NCBI GenBank assembly: GCA_016748015.1
Contig: JAAOMT010000046.1
Span: forward strand, 496,001 to 560,000
Source of the DNA: Geosiphon pyriformis uo1
Lineage: Eukaryota > Fungi > Glomeromycota
DNA: 64,000 bases
Reading direction: 5' to 3'
Positions 1-12,701 of the stretch are shown piece after piece (within the stretch, counting starts at the first letter, position 1; each line of letters starts with the position of its first letter). The notes beneath the pieces are model-generated. The model had not been told where the DNA came from. It saw only the letters and a program-made list of their open reading frames with translations, and searched no databases. Position numbers and translations under genes: made by a program.

Positions 1-911
1 AATAGCTAATTATATGTAAATAAAACACTAATTATATTTATTTTAAAATTATTTGTAATTATATTATAATAAATAATAATTAAAATATATTTATTAATAC
101 AAAAAAAATTTAATTCAAAAATAACTTAATAATTAAACTTTTAAAAATTGTTATTATTAAATTTAAATAGTTTAAAATTTTTTAATTATAAACGAAAATA
201 AAACAATTTAAATTATAAAAAAATCTTAATATTTATTTATGTGTTAATATTTTAGTTAAATTTTATAAATTAAGGCTTTTTTGGCAAATGTTTAAGTTTT
301 AAAAAAGTTTATATTTTTTTAATATTAATGTGGTTTTAATTTGATAATTTATATATTTTATTTGTTACATTTTATAGTTTTATAATTGCTATTGTTTTAT
401 TTTCAAACATATTAAAATATATCATGTAAAAATAAGGTAAGAATGTATTAATTATATAATATGTTTAAATATTAACTGTATAATTATTATTAAAAAATTA
501 TTATTTTTATAAAGAAATTTTTTTTTATAATTCATATTTTGTATATATTATTGCATGAATCTGTTTTTTTAATATTTAATAGTAAAAGCGTATTTTAAAA
601 AATTGAATTATATTCAAAATTTATTTGCATTAAAGACTAGTAAGATAAAGATTATATATAGACAAATATAATTAGCAAGATATCACCTGCTTAAAAGCAA
701 AAAAGACAGCAACCACAGATAGGGGAACTTTTATGATCATAATGTTAGAAGGTAATTTCCCGGGTTTTGATCTTTTCAAAGGCTAAATTTGATTGTTTAT
801 TGTTTATATTATTAGTTATTATGAAAAATAAATAGAATCAGGAATTTGGGATCGAAAAAATTACAGATATCCTATTTAAGACTCGACTATAAATTATTAG
901 AGAAATAACAA

Positions 912-948
<37 letters not shown>

Positions 949-1265
949 GTAATCCATTTCCTGATATGAACCCTTCATTAGCAATTGGACACCCTTTACC
1001 ACAAGTGAAATATTAAATAAGGATACAAAACTTTAAAAGTCACGTCAGACATTTTTTTAAACTCTAAATAACCAACTTTTGGAATTGAAATCAAGACATT
1101 AATATTACTAACTATGCTGCTGAGTCAGGAAACATTTACACATAATTGCACAATAATGATGTTAAATAAATTATTTCTAAATCATGGATTGGGTTATTAA
1201 CCGGGTTTGTTATTTTTTTTTAGTTCATTTTTAAAAAAATCCGTAACGATTGATAAATGTCACAT

Positions 1266-1312
<47 letters not shown>

Positions 1313-1353
1313 TAATAAATAATAATAATAATAATAAATAATAATAATAATAA
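1266..1353. repeat. (AAT)n microsatellite
   Basis: Direct inspection; others at 912-948, 2475-2513, 18265-18300, 18868-18934, 19174-19228, 26881-26926. Confidence 0.95.
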
Positions 1354-2473
1354 TCATAAATTAGGGGGGTGATCTTAATCAATTGAAAATGGGAAATCAC
1401 GTAAGATCAACATTAGTATTGGGAATATACCATTTTTCTTTGTTTCAACATCGAGAAGTAAAATATTTGAAAAATAACCTTTCTTCCCACCCTCAAAAAG
1501 ATTTCGATTTCTCTTTATCGGTGACAAATTAAAATAATCATATTGGGAAAATTTTTTGCACGTTTTAGATTCGGGTTTTTGTAATGGATAAGTTAGTGAA
1601 CGTTTGTTGTTAATCAAATTATGCACGTGCATATGTATTTGTATTTGTGTTGAATATCGATATTCTAAATAGTATTTGGTTATTTGACGATTTTTTTATT
1701 TTAACCTCATTTGAATTTCTTTCCAAGTTTTCCATCTTTTTTTTTCTTCTTTTTTTTTGGTTATGATGTTATTATTGTTATTTTTTCAGGATGACGATTT
1801 TCTTTTCTGGAATTAATCATGTTCCTAAATACTCTCACAATAGACAACAAAATAAGAGAGAAAAAAATCTCATCTTTTTTTTAAATCGTGCTTCTATATT
1901 CGGTTTAACATGGAGAAAAGTTAAAAAATGGGGATATTTTATATCGTAATGATATTCCGACGCCGTAAAAAAAAAAAGATTTGATAGGGAATTTGATGAT
2001 TCAATAGAATAGGAATATTCCTATTATCCATCCTATTCTTTAACTAAAATTTCGTTTGTTTGAACTCCTGCAAAAAAAAAAATTCGCCATAATATGCAAA
2101 CACAAAAAAAAATATACACACTATGAGAAAAAGATTTCTTCATCAAAAAATATATATATATATATATATATATGCCACGACTCTTCCTCAAAAACCCCTG
2201 GATCTCAAATTTGACATATAATTCACGATGACCATTTTTTTCTTAGCTAACAGGTTAAACCCACCTTTTTCCTGCACATGAATACAATAATATGATAGAA
2301 TTTAGATCTTCCATACATACCCTATACCTGATACACAGAATTGGATGAGGAAGGAAGTCGCTATCCTATACTTATCATTATTAAGAACATCATGAGCATT
2401 TTTGAGGATACTAAATGCAATAACCCGAGCAAAAAAAAAAGGGGTAATGGTCAGTTGCCTATTCTTAATGATC

Positions 2474-2514
<41 letters not shown>

Positions 2515-5194
2515 GGGGACTTTTAAACTGTCCCACTTTTACACATCGAAAAATATTAGAACTGGATTTGCAACTACAGGAAATCAGATAATGGCATAAT
2601 AAGCTTCCGTCTAATTATCTCTCAAAAAAAATAAATTTCACATCCATGATCGGGATTAAAACTTTGATACGTAAATAATTTTGTGACCATTGTTGGTTCG
2701 AAACATTCTGCGAGTAGATAAATTAGCTTTACAACTTTAAACATAAAACCAATTACTATTGGTCGAAGGTGTGTAAGTTTTCAGCCTATATTAAGGGAAC
2801 TTTTCAAGTTTCGTGGGTCCACCCCTTTAGGATATCTCTCTTACGACGAAAGAAGCTTATAAACAATTAATTCGCAAATATCTCGTATTTTAGTTAGCTT
2901 GTATTACCTCTCATCTTTAGTTTTATAATATTTCAGATTTATCCAATTATCCAATATTGAAATTTTCCATTATTTTGGGTGTTCAAAGAATCAGAAAACT
3001 TAATCTAAAACTTACAAAGTAATTTTTTACTTTTATTAAAATTATGTTAAATATAGTATTAAAAACTTTTTCTTCAAATTTATTTTATATTTATCATTTG
3101 TCAATTAATTACAATATTTTTTGTGACTTTATATTTATTATAACTAAAAAATTTACAGTTTATAAAAAATACCAACAATAGCAAAAAAATCCCTATCTTA
3201 ACAAACACAAATTTAAGTTTGTTTAAAAGTTTATTATTTATTTATTAATAAAATTTTAATATAAAATTATTAATTTACATTTGTTTTTTACCAAAAAAAA
3301 TTGAATTTGCAATATATTTAAATAAAAAATCTATTTATAATATTTGTAAAACAAAATAAATAATGTTTTATGTTTTATTTTTTAATAAAAGTTAAATAGC
3401 TTTTAAATAAGTTTATTATTATTTTAATATTATTAATAATTTTAAAATATTGTTTTATTAATAAATATTATTTAGTTTTAATAATTATTTTGCAAATATT
3501 AAAAATTTTATATGTTTTTAAACAATAATGTAAAAGTAATTTATTTAACATCTTTGATTTTATAGTAAATTAATAAATTAAAATATTATTATTATTATTA
3601 TTATAATATATGTTTTTGTAATTTATAATTTATATATTTTTTATTATTTATATTTTACAATTTTTAAACCTTTTTGGTTTTTAGTTTTATTTATAATCAA
3701 AACTAAAAAGAAAAAAAACCAAAATAATTTTAATTTTAAAAATAATTAAACAAAATAAGTAAAATTATTTTTCTAAATAATATAAATTTAAAAGAGTTTT
3801 TAATTATTGTTAAAGCATTTTTTAAAAAAAATTTCAGTCTTAATATTATATTTATTTACAAAAATTTTAAAACTTTAATCAATAAATCTGTATTAAAATT
3901 TTGGTTTTTCTAAATTAAGCTTTTTTATTAGTTTTATATTAATTAATATTATTATAAATATATAAAGATATTATAAAATTTACTAAATATTTTACAAATT
4001 TAATTAATAAAAAATCTTAATTGCTTAAATATAAAAAAAATTGTTTTGGTTTTTTAAACAAATTAATATTAGTTGTAAAAATATTTTTTAAATTAATTAT
4101 TTTTGTTTTTTTAAACTTACTTATTTTAATTATTATAAATAATTTATTTTACAAATTTTAATAGTTTAATTTGTTTTATTATTTTATTTGTAATTTATTA
4201 TAACTTTATATTAATTTTGTTTAAGTTTTCTAATATGTTTAACAAAAAATATTTGTTTAAAAAAGTTTTATATATAGTTTTAATATATTTAAATTATTAT
4301 TATTTTAAATTAATATATCAAATCTAAAATTAATTTTTTTTAAAAATTATTATTTAACTCTAATTATTTAAATAATATTAACCAAATTGAATTTATTAAA
4401 ATAAATATTATACTTACATAATTTATATTTTAATTAAAAATTTTTTAATTATTTCAAATTTTTATAAAATTTTTTATATAGTTTAAAATAATTTTTATTA
4501 ATATGAATAAAACTTAAATTTTGGTAATTATTTATTATTTTTATCAAAAAAATTACTTTTTAATAATTATAAGTTAAACTTTTGAATTAAATTGTTTATT
4601 TGTTTTTTTAATTTATTTAATTTATAATAGTTTAATCTTTTTTTTAATTTATTGTATTTTTAAAAATAATTAATTTTGTTTAAATTATTAAAATACTATA
4701 AATAATTTAATAAAAAAATACTTAATTAAAAGATATTTTATTAAAATTATAATATGTTTAAGTTATTTTATTTCAACCTATTTATAAAACAAAAATTGGT
4801 TTACTTAAAAAGTTTAATAATAATTGTTTTAAGTTTTTGGATTTATAAATTAAATTTGATTTATTATTCAATTTTAATCTTGTAATTATTTAAATTAATT
4901 AATATATTGTTTATAAGTATAATATTTTTTTGGTTTATATTATTAATTGATATTTTTTATTGTTTTTATATTTTAAAAAATTTCTTAAAAATCTTAAAAT
5001 AATATTTAAAAATACAAACAAAATTTAAATTTTAAATAATTAATTAAATTATTTTTTATAAATAAATTAGATTACTATAATATAAAAACTTCTTTCTCTC
5101 ATTTATTCCAAATTTCCAAAAAGAGAGCCATAATATTTTTTGAAAGAAGTTTTTTCTGTTTTTCATCATTTAGTCTACTATTTCCAAATCATTT

Positions 5195-7037
5195 GTGCTT
5201 AATTATGAGGCCACTGTTGGCCCTAGTATTGCAGTTCTAAACAAGTCAATAATGGAGCCCAGCTTTAACATTAGTGTTAAGTCTGCTGAGTCCAGAAAGA
5301 AGAGGAGAGGTAGTGTTTTGGAGAATGATATTGGTAATAGAAAATTCACTGCTACTAGAGTATCAAGTAGTTGTTCCTGGGGTTCTGAAACTGGTGATAC
5401 TACTGAATCTGATAGTGTGGACATGGAAGAGGAATGTTTGGTTGAGGAAACCAGCTTTGATCATAGAAATGGTAGTGCTTTTGCTAAAGAGGACTTGGAA
5501 CAGATGTCTAAAAGTTTGAAGATTCTTACTAAGAGAGCTTTTGGGAAATCACTGGGGAAAATTGACTTCTTGGGTGATGATTTTAATAATATACTCTTGG
5601 ACAAACCTGTGGTTCTCCCTCCCCCTTTGAAAAACTTGGTCAATATTTCTGTTAGGAAATCTTTTGCCTTGGACATCAGCTTGGACAATATTGTTGGAAA
5701 ATCTGCTCAGAAAAAGCTTGTGGTTGTTAGAAAATTATTTTCAAAAATCAATGGTTTTGGAGAGGCCTCTACCCCCTCAAAATTTGCTGGGGTTGTCAAA
5801 ACAATGTTTACATCTGAATTGAGTTTGGTGCAGGCTTCTAAAAAGGCTGAAGAGATAAAGATTTTGGTAAACCCCAATCTCAAAAAATCATCTGGGTGTT
5901 CAGATCGGGCTGTGATATTAAAAGAAATTCCTGTTAAAACATCACCTGAGGCTGTGTGTACTGCACTATCTGATTTTGGTGTGGTGGTGTTGATCAAGAT
6001 GCAGTTGGTAGGTTTATAGCAGAAGGCTATAATTAAATTTAGTAAGAGTGAACAGACTGATTTAGTTGTGGCTTGTTGGTCTATCCTGATTGGGAAAGAT
6101 GCTGTGCATGTGGTCAGGGCTGATCACGACAAAAAATTGTAAGACTTAAGAGATCAACATAGGGCATTGCTCTATACTCTGTCAATGGGTACGACTGCTC
6201 ATGACATCTGGGATTATATTAGCTCTGTGGGTGGAAAACCATATGCAATAGATTGTTATCCTGTTATGTATGCTCAAGTTAGATGTGTTGTTGTTTGTTT
6301 TGAATTGGCTGATTTCTTGAATGCTGTTATGAGAACTACTCCAGTTTTAAGGGGTGTGAATATGCATTGGTCTCTTTTGGGTTTTTCTAAATGTGCTGAA
6401 TGTGAGAAATTGGGTCATACATCTTTGGGTTGTATTGTGAATGGAAATCCCTCCTCTGGGAAACATTCTCGCAAATCCCTGTCAGACATAGATAAAAGCA
6501 GATTGGCAACTATCTATGCCAAGCATTCAGCTCCGATTGCTTGTTTTGTTGCTTTTGGTGGAGTTTTTTGGGCTAAAATAGCTGGTGGGAATGGTTTTTC
6601 TCTTCTCCTTATGCATGAAGTGTTGGTCATTTCTGGCTCCTCCTCAGAGATAAAGCCTACTATTCTTGATACAAGTAATATTGAAAAGAGGTTTGCTGTT
6701 TTGGAAAGCAGTCTTGCCAGCCTTGTGGAACAAATTGGTGAGTTGGCTAAGAGGTTGGACTCATTTATGCTGGCAGTTTCCCAGCCTAGCCTTGGACGTT
6801 AGCTGCTAGTGACCCCCCCCATCAAAGGATCAGATAGGTGATGTAGTGATGAGAAAGGGTTTGGATAAAGCCACAAGTGGTGAGACTGCTATGACTTTGG
6901 ACTCTTCTGCTTTTTCTGAAGTAAAAAGATTGGAAAACATGTTGGAAGGACTTTCTGCTTCAGTTCTAAGCCTTACAGCAAGGTTTGATGGTTTGATTTT
7001 GGCTGGCAGTGCATCTTTCAAACCTTCTTCTCAATAA
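5195..7037 (+). pseudogene. LINE A ORF1 (gag-like, CCHC zinc knuckle), disrupted
   Basis: ORF fragments 5195-6019, 6167-6802 and 6846-7037 are separated by TGG/CAG-derived stops and a frameshift; CxxCxxxxHxxxxC near 6391-6432. Confidence 0.85.
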
Positions 7038-8388
7038 TCAGTCTAGTTTGGAAGATTGCCACATGCAATGTTAGGAGTATGAATAATTCTGCAAAACAGG
7101 ATGATGTTATTCATTGGTATAAAGAAATAAACAATTTGATTTCTATTGTTACTGAGACTAAGTTAAGAGGCAAAATCCACCTGTGGATCATAAATAAATT
7201 TGATAGTGTCCAGGTTTTTACTTCTGGTTTGGACTTTGGTCATTTGGGTTTTGGCATTGCAATTATTATAGACAACTCTTTGGTAAGATATATGTGTAAA
7301 GTTTCCAAAGTTTCTGGTTGACTCCTCTCCTTCAAATTACTTTTCAAGAATAATCTTTCAGTGTTGATTTTGGGACTCTATGCTGGTGCTTTGTCAGTGG
7401 TTTGGTTCTCTCAAGTTGGTGAAATCAACTCTCTCATTGCAAAGGCAGTGAATGAGTCTTCCTTTGTTATTTTGGGTGGTGATTTCAATGAAGATGGGAC
7501 CCGAAAATGTGCTAGCTTCAAAAAGTGCTTTGATTTAGGTTTAGTTGATTCTTTGTATGGAAGTTTATTTTTCAAGACACTTACATGGTCCAATTCTTGT
7601 GGTGTCATTAGAGCTTTCGATTATATTCTCATTTCTTCAAGTTTGGTTAATGCTGTGATAGATGGTAGTGTGGCCAATGTTGAAGATTATTTTGATAAAG
7701 ATCACAAAACTGTTTCAGCTTCTGTGGGTTTGAGTGGTTTGCTTGATGTCTATTTGAGTTCAATATGCAAGCAGACAAATAAAGATCATTGGAAGTTTGA
7801 TATTAAAAGTGTGGATGAAGTGAAATGGAATGAATTTAAGGATGCTACTGTGGCCAATGCTGCCATGTTCTTGGATAAGTTTGAGACAGCCAAGAAGTTC
7901 TTTGATCTGGATGCTATGTGAGATATTATCTGCAAAGTGATTATTTTTTCAGCTAATGGTATTTTTAAGAAGAAATGGTTTAAGAGTTATGATGGGGTAT
8001 TCACCAAAGAGTTTTCCAAGTTGCATAAATTGAAGATTTTGGTTTTGAAAATTGTCAAGACTTCTCACGAGGCAGACTCTGGCAGATTTGAGTCTCTGTT
8101 AAGATGCTGGGTTTTTTTGAATAGTGACAAAGCTTTTGCTGTTTGGGATCTTATGAGTTCTGATGCAAGTTTGTTCTGCTCTTTATGGTGTGAGGAGGTC
8201 TTATCACACTTTCAAGCTTGCCGAGTCTTTGAGAACTAAGGAGTCAGGCATTAGATTAGCTATTGAGAGAAAAATGGAGAATTTTGTGGTCAACAAAGAC
8301 CACACAATCCATAGTGTTTTGGAACGTCCATTCTACAAAATGGTATTAGATCATTTGGTTTCTGATGACAGTTTGATTTTGAACCCAG

Positions 8389-9259
8389 TGTTACAGATGA
8401 CTATTTCTGGTGTTGGATTAAATAACAAACCTGTAACTTGGTGCTCAAATCTAGTTACAGTTGATAGTAATCTGAAGGTTTGTGTCTGAAAAGTTTGTAT
8501 TTGAAGGGTTTGGTTGAGTTTTTTGTATAATGAACAGAGATTCAATGGTAATAGTTTTATCCGTAGCTTTCTGAAACCACAGTTTTGTTAATTTCTTTCT
8601 CAGCTTGATAGCCAGTATTTCTCCTGGTAAGCTATCCTTAATCGAGTGTTTTACCCTTATTTCTGGGTCTTTTACAAGTTACATTTATCCTAATGTCAGT
8701 ACTCCACGTGTTAATTCTCAATAGAGTTAGTAAACAACAATAAAATCAAGACAAGAAATAAAGAAAAGAAAAGAAAATAAAGAAAGAAAAGAAATAAGCC
8801 AAGGCAATTTGCAAGTTAATATTCTGTCAATAGCCATGATTAAGAGCTATTGTTCCAGTGTAGTTAAGTATCAATTACTATTAACATGAAGTGTTGATAG
8901 TAGCAGCAAGTTTGAGATAACAAACAGTTATTTATTTGTGGTTTGGAAAGTTGTTTAGATAAAATCTAAACAGAGAGGTCTGTCTTTTTAGCTTCTAATC
9001 CTACTGCTATATATACATAATTGAGATTCTTTAATTCCTCAATTTTTTACAACAGGAATCCTGGAATTCCTGGAATCCTGCAATTTTTTTGAGAGGAATC
9101 TTGGAATTCTGGAATCCTGCAATTCCTTGTAAGAATCCTGTAATTCCTGAAATCCTGCAATTCCTGAGAGAAATCCTGGAATTTTACATTTTACTACATC
9201 TACTTCTGATTGGTTAATAACTATGCTAATATATATTCCCTATATTTTTATGAGTAACA
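8389..9259 (-). mobile_element. Solo LTR of Gypsy family A (871 bp)
   Basis: TGTTAC...GTAACA termini and 4-bp TSD CCAG (8385-8388 / 9260-9263). Removal restores the LINE frame LILNPVEVKSKVD. The reverse complement matches the LTR at 42292-43112. Confidence 0.93.
9053..9183. repeat. Degenerate GGAATCCT/GGAATTCCT tandem block in the family-A LTR (also 42367-42498)
   Basis: Repeated 8-9-mers visible in both family-A LTRs. Confidence 0.8.
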
Positions 9260-12200
9260 CCAGTAGAAGTTAAGAGCAAGGTAGATGGTATAATAAAGGG
9301 CTGGACAAGGAAGAAAGCCATGCTAAAAAGTGTTCCTGATTTGTGGCAGTGTCAATACCTGCTTTTGAATTATGTTGATGATAATACTTTTTCTGGTGTA
9401 ATGGATGCTATTAGTTTGGATGACTTGACACATGTGATTAAAGATTTGTCAGAAAATAAAGCTGCTGGCTTGTCTGGCATTTTAAATAAACTTTGAAAAC
9501 ATTGTAATGATTCTGTGCTAGGCTTGCTTCTGGATCTTCTGAATATTTGTTTGATTTGTGAGTCGATTTCCTGTTGTTGGAAGAAAGCTTGGGTGTTGAT
9601 GATTCCCAAACCCTATGAATAGGAGGGTGTCTTAACAAACACTAGACCAATCACTTTAATTGAGACTGCTCGTAAGATTTTTTCTAAGTTGCTATCTGAT
9701 AAGATTTTGTCAGTGTGCAGTTTATTCAATGTACTTCGTGAAGACAATTTTTTTGTACTTAAGGACACAACTACTCAGTCTCTTATTTTTGCTATTGGTT
9801 CGGTTGTTAAAGATGCTTTGGAGAAGGATCATGAACTTTGGCTTGTGCTACAGAATATATGTAAAGCCTATGACTCTGTAAGTTGGCATTACTTGCATAA
9901 TAGTTTGGTTCAGATCAAAATATGTGGGCATTTTATTAGATTTTTTGGCTTTATTCACAATAACCGTGTTAATCAAGTTATAACTGATTTTGGTTTAACT
10001 GGTACATGATGGTCTTGATCAGGGTGAGGTTTTTTCTCCTTTGCTGTGGAGAATCTTTTACAACTTCCTTTTGTATAAGGTCAAGAGTAAGAAAAGTTTG
10101 TGTGAATACTGTATTAATACTAAATTTGTTGTTAGAACAGATAGAATAGAAAACCAAGGCAGTTTGACCTCATTTCTGGCTGCTGGTGCATTTGTAGATG
10201 ATACCATTTGGGTGGATAGTGGTTAGGCTGCCACTCAGTATATCTTGGACATAGCGAGTGAATTTTTTAGAGTAAATGACATTTCTATTAATAATGAGAA
10301 AACTGTGGCCATTTCTATTAATCAGAGAGTTAGTAGTACATCATTGTCAATTAGTGGTCTGCTGATTTCAATTGCTCGCAAAAAAGAGTCTCATTGATAC
10401 CTTGGCATTTATTTGTCATTTGAAAGTTTGTCCAAACCCAGTCTGACTAAGATGCATTCAGATATTAGGTTTTTTGTCAATTTGGTTTTTAAGAAAGCTA
10501 TCTTGAACAAGCAATTTCTTTATTTAGTATTAGCTGTATTGCAACCTATTGTCAGTTATAGGACTCAGTTCAGTTTTATTTCTAGGAATGTGTGTTTGAA
10601 GTGGGATACTTTAATTAGGAAGGAGTTGAGACTTAAGGCTGGTCTTTCAAGTGACTTTTCCAATGAGGCCCTTTACCATCCTTTTTTGTATGGCTTGAAA
10701 TTTTTTGAGCAGTTGCAAACTGAATGCAAGGTGGCTTCTGTGTTGTGTTTCACAAATGCTAGTAGTGTTCTTGGTCGTTTGTTCAATCATAAGTCTCTGG
10801 ATCTTTAGGTTTTGGGTTGATTGCCTATTTACTCCCTATGTCGTCCAATCAGATTGCATATTAGTCTGGTCAATAATTTTTTGGCAGGTGTCATTAGGAT
10901 TTTTTTGGACTTTAACATGTCTCTCAGCAATTTCAATATTTCTGCATTCCACTTTTCTGATGGGACACCAATATCTACAGTCCTAAATGTTTCTTTGTTT
11001 TATAATATTTCTTTTTCCCTCAAAAAGTTTGGGATCGTCTTTGCTGAGCAGTTATATATCAAAAAGAGTTTAATTTTTGATTGAAAAAACTTTTGTCATT
11101 GGAAGAGACTTGATCCAAAGGGCTCTGTTCCTCATTGGTTTACTTTGGTTTGTGACTTTTTGGATCAATCTTCTATTTCTGATGATCTGCATGTTGTGAG
11201 TTCACAGGATGCAAATGTTTACAGCTTGGGTGTGATTTCCAGATTGGGCCAATGTCTCTCTTCAGCAAATATGGGGGTTGTTAATGTTTACACTGATAGA
11301 TTGTTAAAGAATTTAGGTTCAGGTGAAATGAAATGTGGTGCAACTGCTTATTTCTCGGATCTGGGCTTAAGTATAGGTGCTAAGATTGGTGGATTGGTTT
11401 CTTTGACTATGATAGAACTGCAGACAATTGCTTTGGTGTTAGAGTGTGTTCCTCTTAACAGTTTTGTGGTAGTCTATTCAGACAGTCAGGCTGCTTTAGA
11501 TGCATGTGTGGCAGAATCTGCTCTGGTGTCTCCAGATTTCTGAAACTGCTGTTGGATGGAGTGGCATGGTATTATCAATTTAATTAAGGGAAAGTGGCTT
11601 GATGTTTCTTGGCATAAAGTGAAAAGACATTCAGGTGTTGTAGATAATGAGCGTGCTGATGAGTTAGCTAGTCTGGCTGCAAGCTCTTTTTTGGCACTTC
11701 CTGTTTTGGTTAAGAAAAGATTTATCAAGACTAATGAAGTAGTGATATCTGAGAACATTCATTATTTTGCTCATGAAATTTTCAGGTCTATTGATTGTGC
11801 TTATTGGGAGATTGATCCTGGTTTTAATGTTATTGATGACAGTTTACTTGGTGATATGAACTGGTTTTGTACTGCTTTGGTGTGGCACCCTAACTCCCAT
11901 ATGGCAACTGGCTTTACTAGTAACTTTACAGCTAGTTTGCATTCTTGTTTCTTAAAGACTCTCCACTACCATTTCTTAGTTGCTGTGAGAAAATGCCTGT
12001 ATAGTAAGGCCTACTCAAGTGTCTTATGTCTGCACTGTGGTGAAGTGGAAAGTTCTGACCACTCTTTTGTTTGTACATTTGACTCTAATGCCCATAAGAG
12101 CATTCTCAGGTTTCATTTGGCCAAGTGGCATTGTGTTTCTGGATTAGACTTGCATTTATCTCGTGTTTCACAGGTATTTTCTCTGTGCACATCTAATGAT

Positions 12201-12701
12201 GTGTTGTATACTGCCATGAGTAAAGGTTTTGTGTTCAAAGATTGGGTTTAGGAAGCTTCGTCCATACTAGATGATGCCAAAGTTGTGGGAAGGTTTATTG
12301 TTGATTTTGTTCAAGAATTGGGTGCTGCTCATCACACAGATATTTGGGTGATTAGAGCTAAATATAGGGCTTTGATGGAAAAAGGTGGTTTAATTCTACT
12401 TGATAGTTCTGTATATCCTATGACTCATGGTCTGTCATATATGTTTTCTATTGAAGTGATTAGGTTGCTTGAAATTGCTGAGACAGTTGATGTCTGCTTT
12501 GGTTTTCGTAAATATTGCTGCTTTTTTCTGGTATAGGTGGTATGGTTTCTGTTCTAATAGATTCATAGTGTTGCTTTGATCAGTTCAAGTGGCTGGTCAC
12601 ATGTAGAAAGTGCATGATTAGCATCTAGTTTAAATTACTTAGTTTGATGTATTGTATTAGGTGACTTTTGGGCCTCACTCGTTAAACGTTAATAAAAAAA
12701 A

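Larger units (their letters stand above)
7034..12568 (+). pseudogene. LINE A ORF2 (AP endonuclease, reverse transcriptase, RNase H, C-terminal Zn finger), disrupted
   Basis: Domain motifs as listed for LINE A; many premature stops; split by the solo LTR at 8389-9259. Confidence 0.92.
5084..12701 (+). mobile_element. LINE copy A: full-length decayed non-LTR retrotransposon (ORF1; ORF2 APE-RT-RNase H-Zn), interrupted by a solo LTR
   Basis: 5' terminus AAAAACTTCTTTC is shared with copy B. ORF1 has CAECEKLGHTSLGC. ORF2 has WKIATCNVR, GGDFNE, DYILIS (APE); RPITLIE, KAYDSV, QGEVFSPLLW, AFVDDT (RT); VYTD..ELQTI..YSDSQAA..HSGVVDNERADELA (RNase H); CLHCGEVESSDHSFVC. It ends GTTAATAAAAAAAA. Confidence 0.95.

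Noticed and set aside
2341-2599. Short ORFs with poly-Y/poly-I runs (also 21770-21988, 23429-23665, 23607-23971, 25706-25938)
   Set aside because: These are translations of microsatellites or the antisense of the bZIP repeat tract; no coding signal.
5071-5083. TSD of LINE A (TATAATAT-like sequence on both sides)
   Set aside because: The match is imperfect and in near-pure A/T sequence, so it cannot be distinguished from chance.
5203-5997. Antisense ORFs over LINE and Gypsy coding regions (e.g. 5203-5424, 32977-33390, 46555-46968, 56515-56829)
   Set aside because: Shadow frames of TE ORFs, with no independent motifs or conservation between copies.
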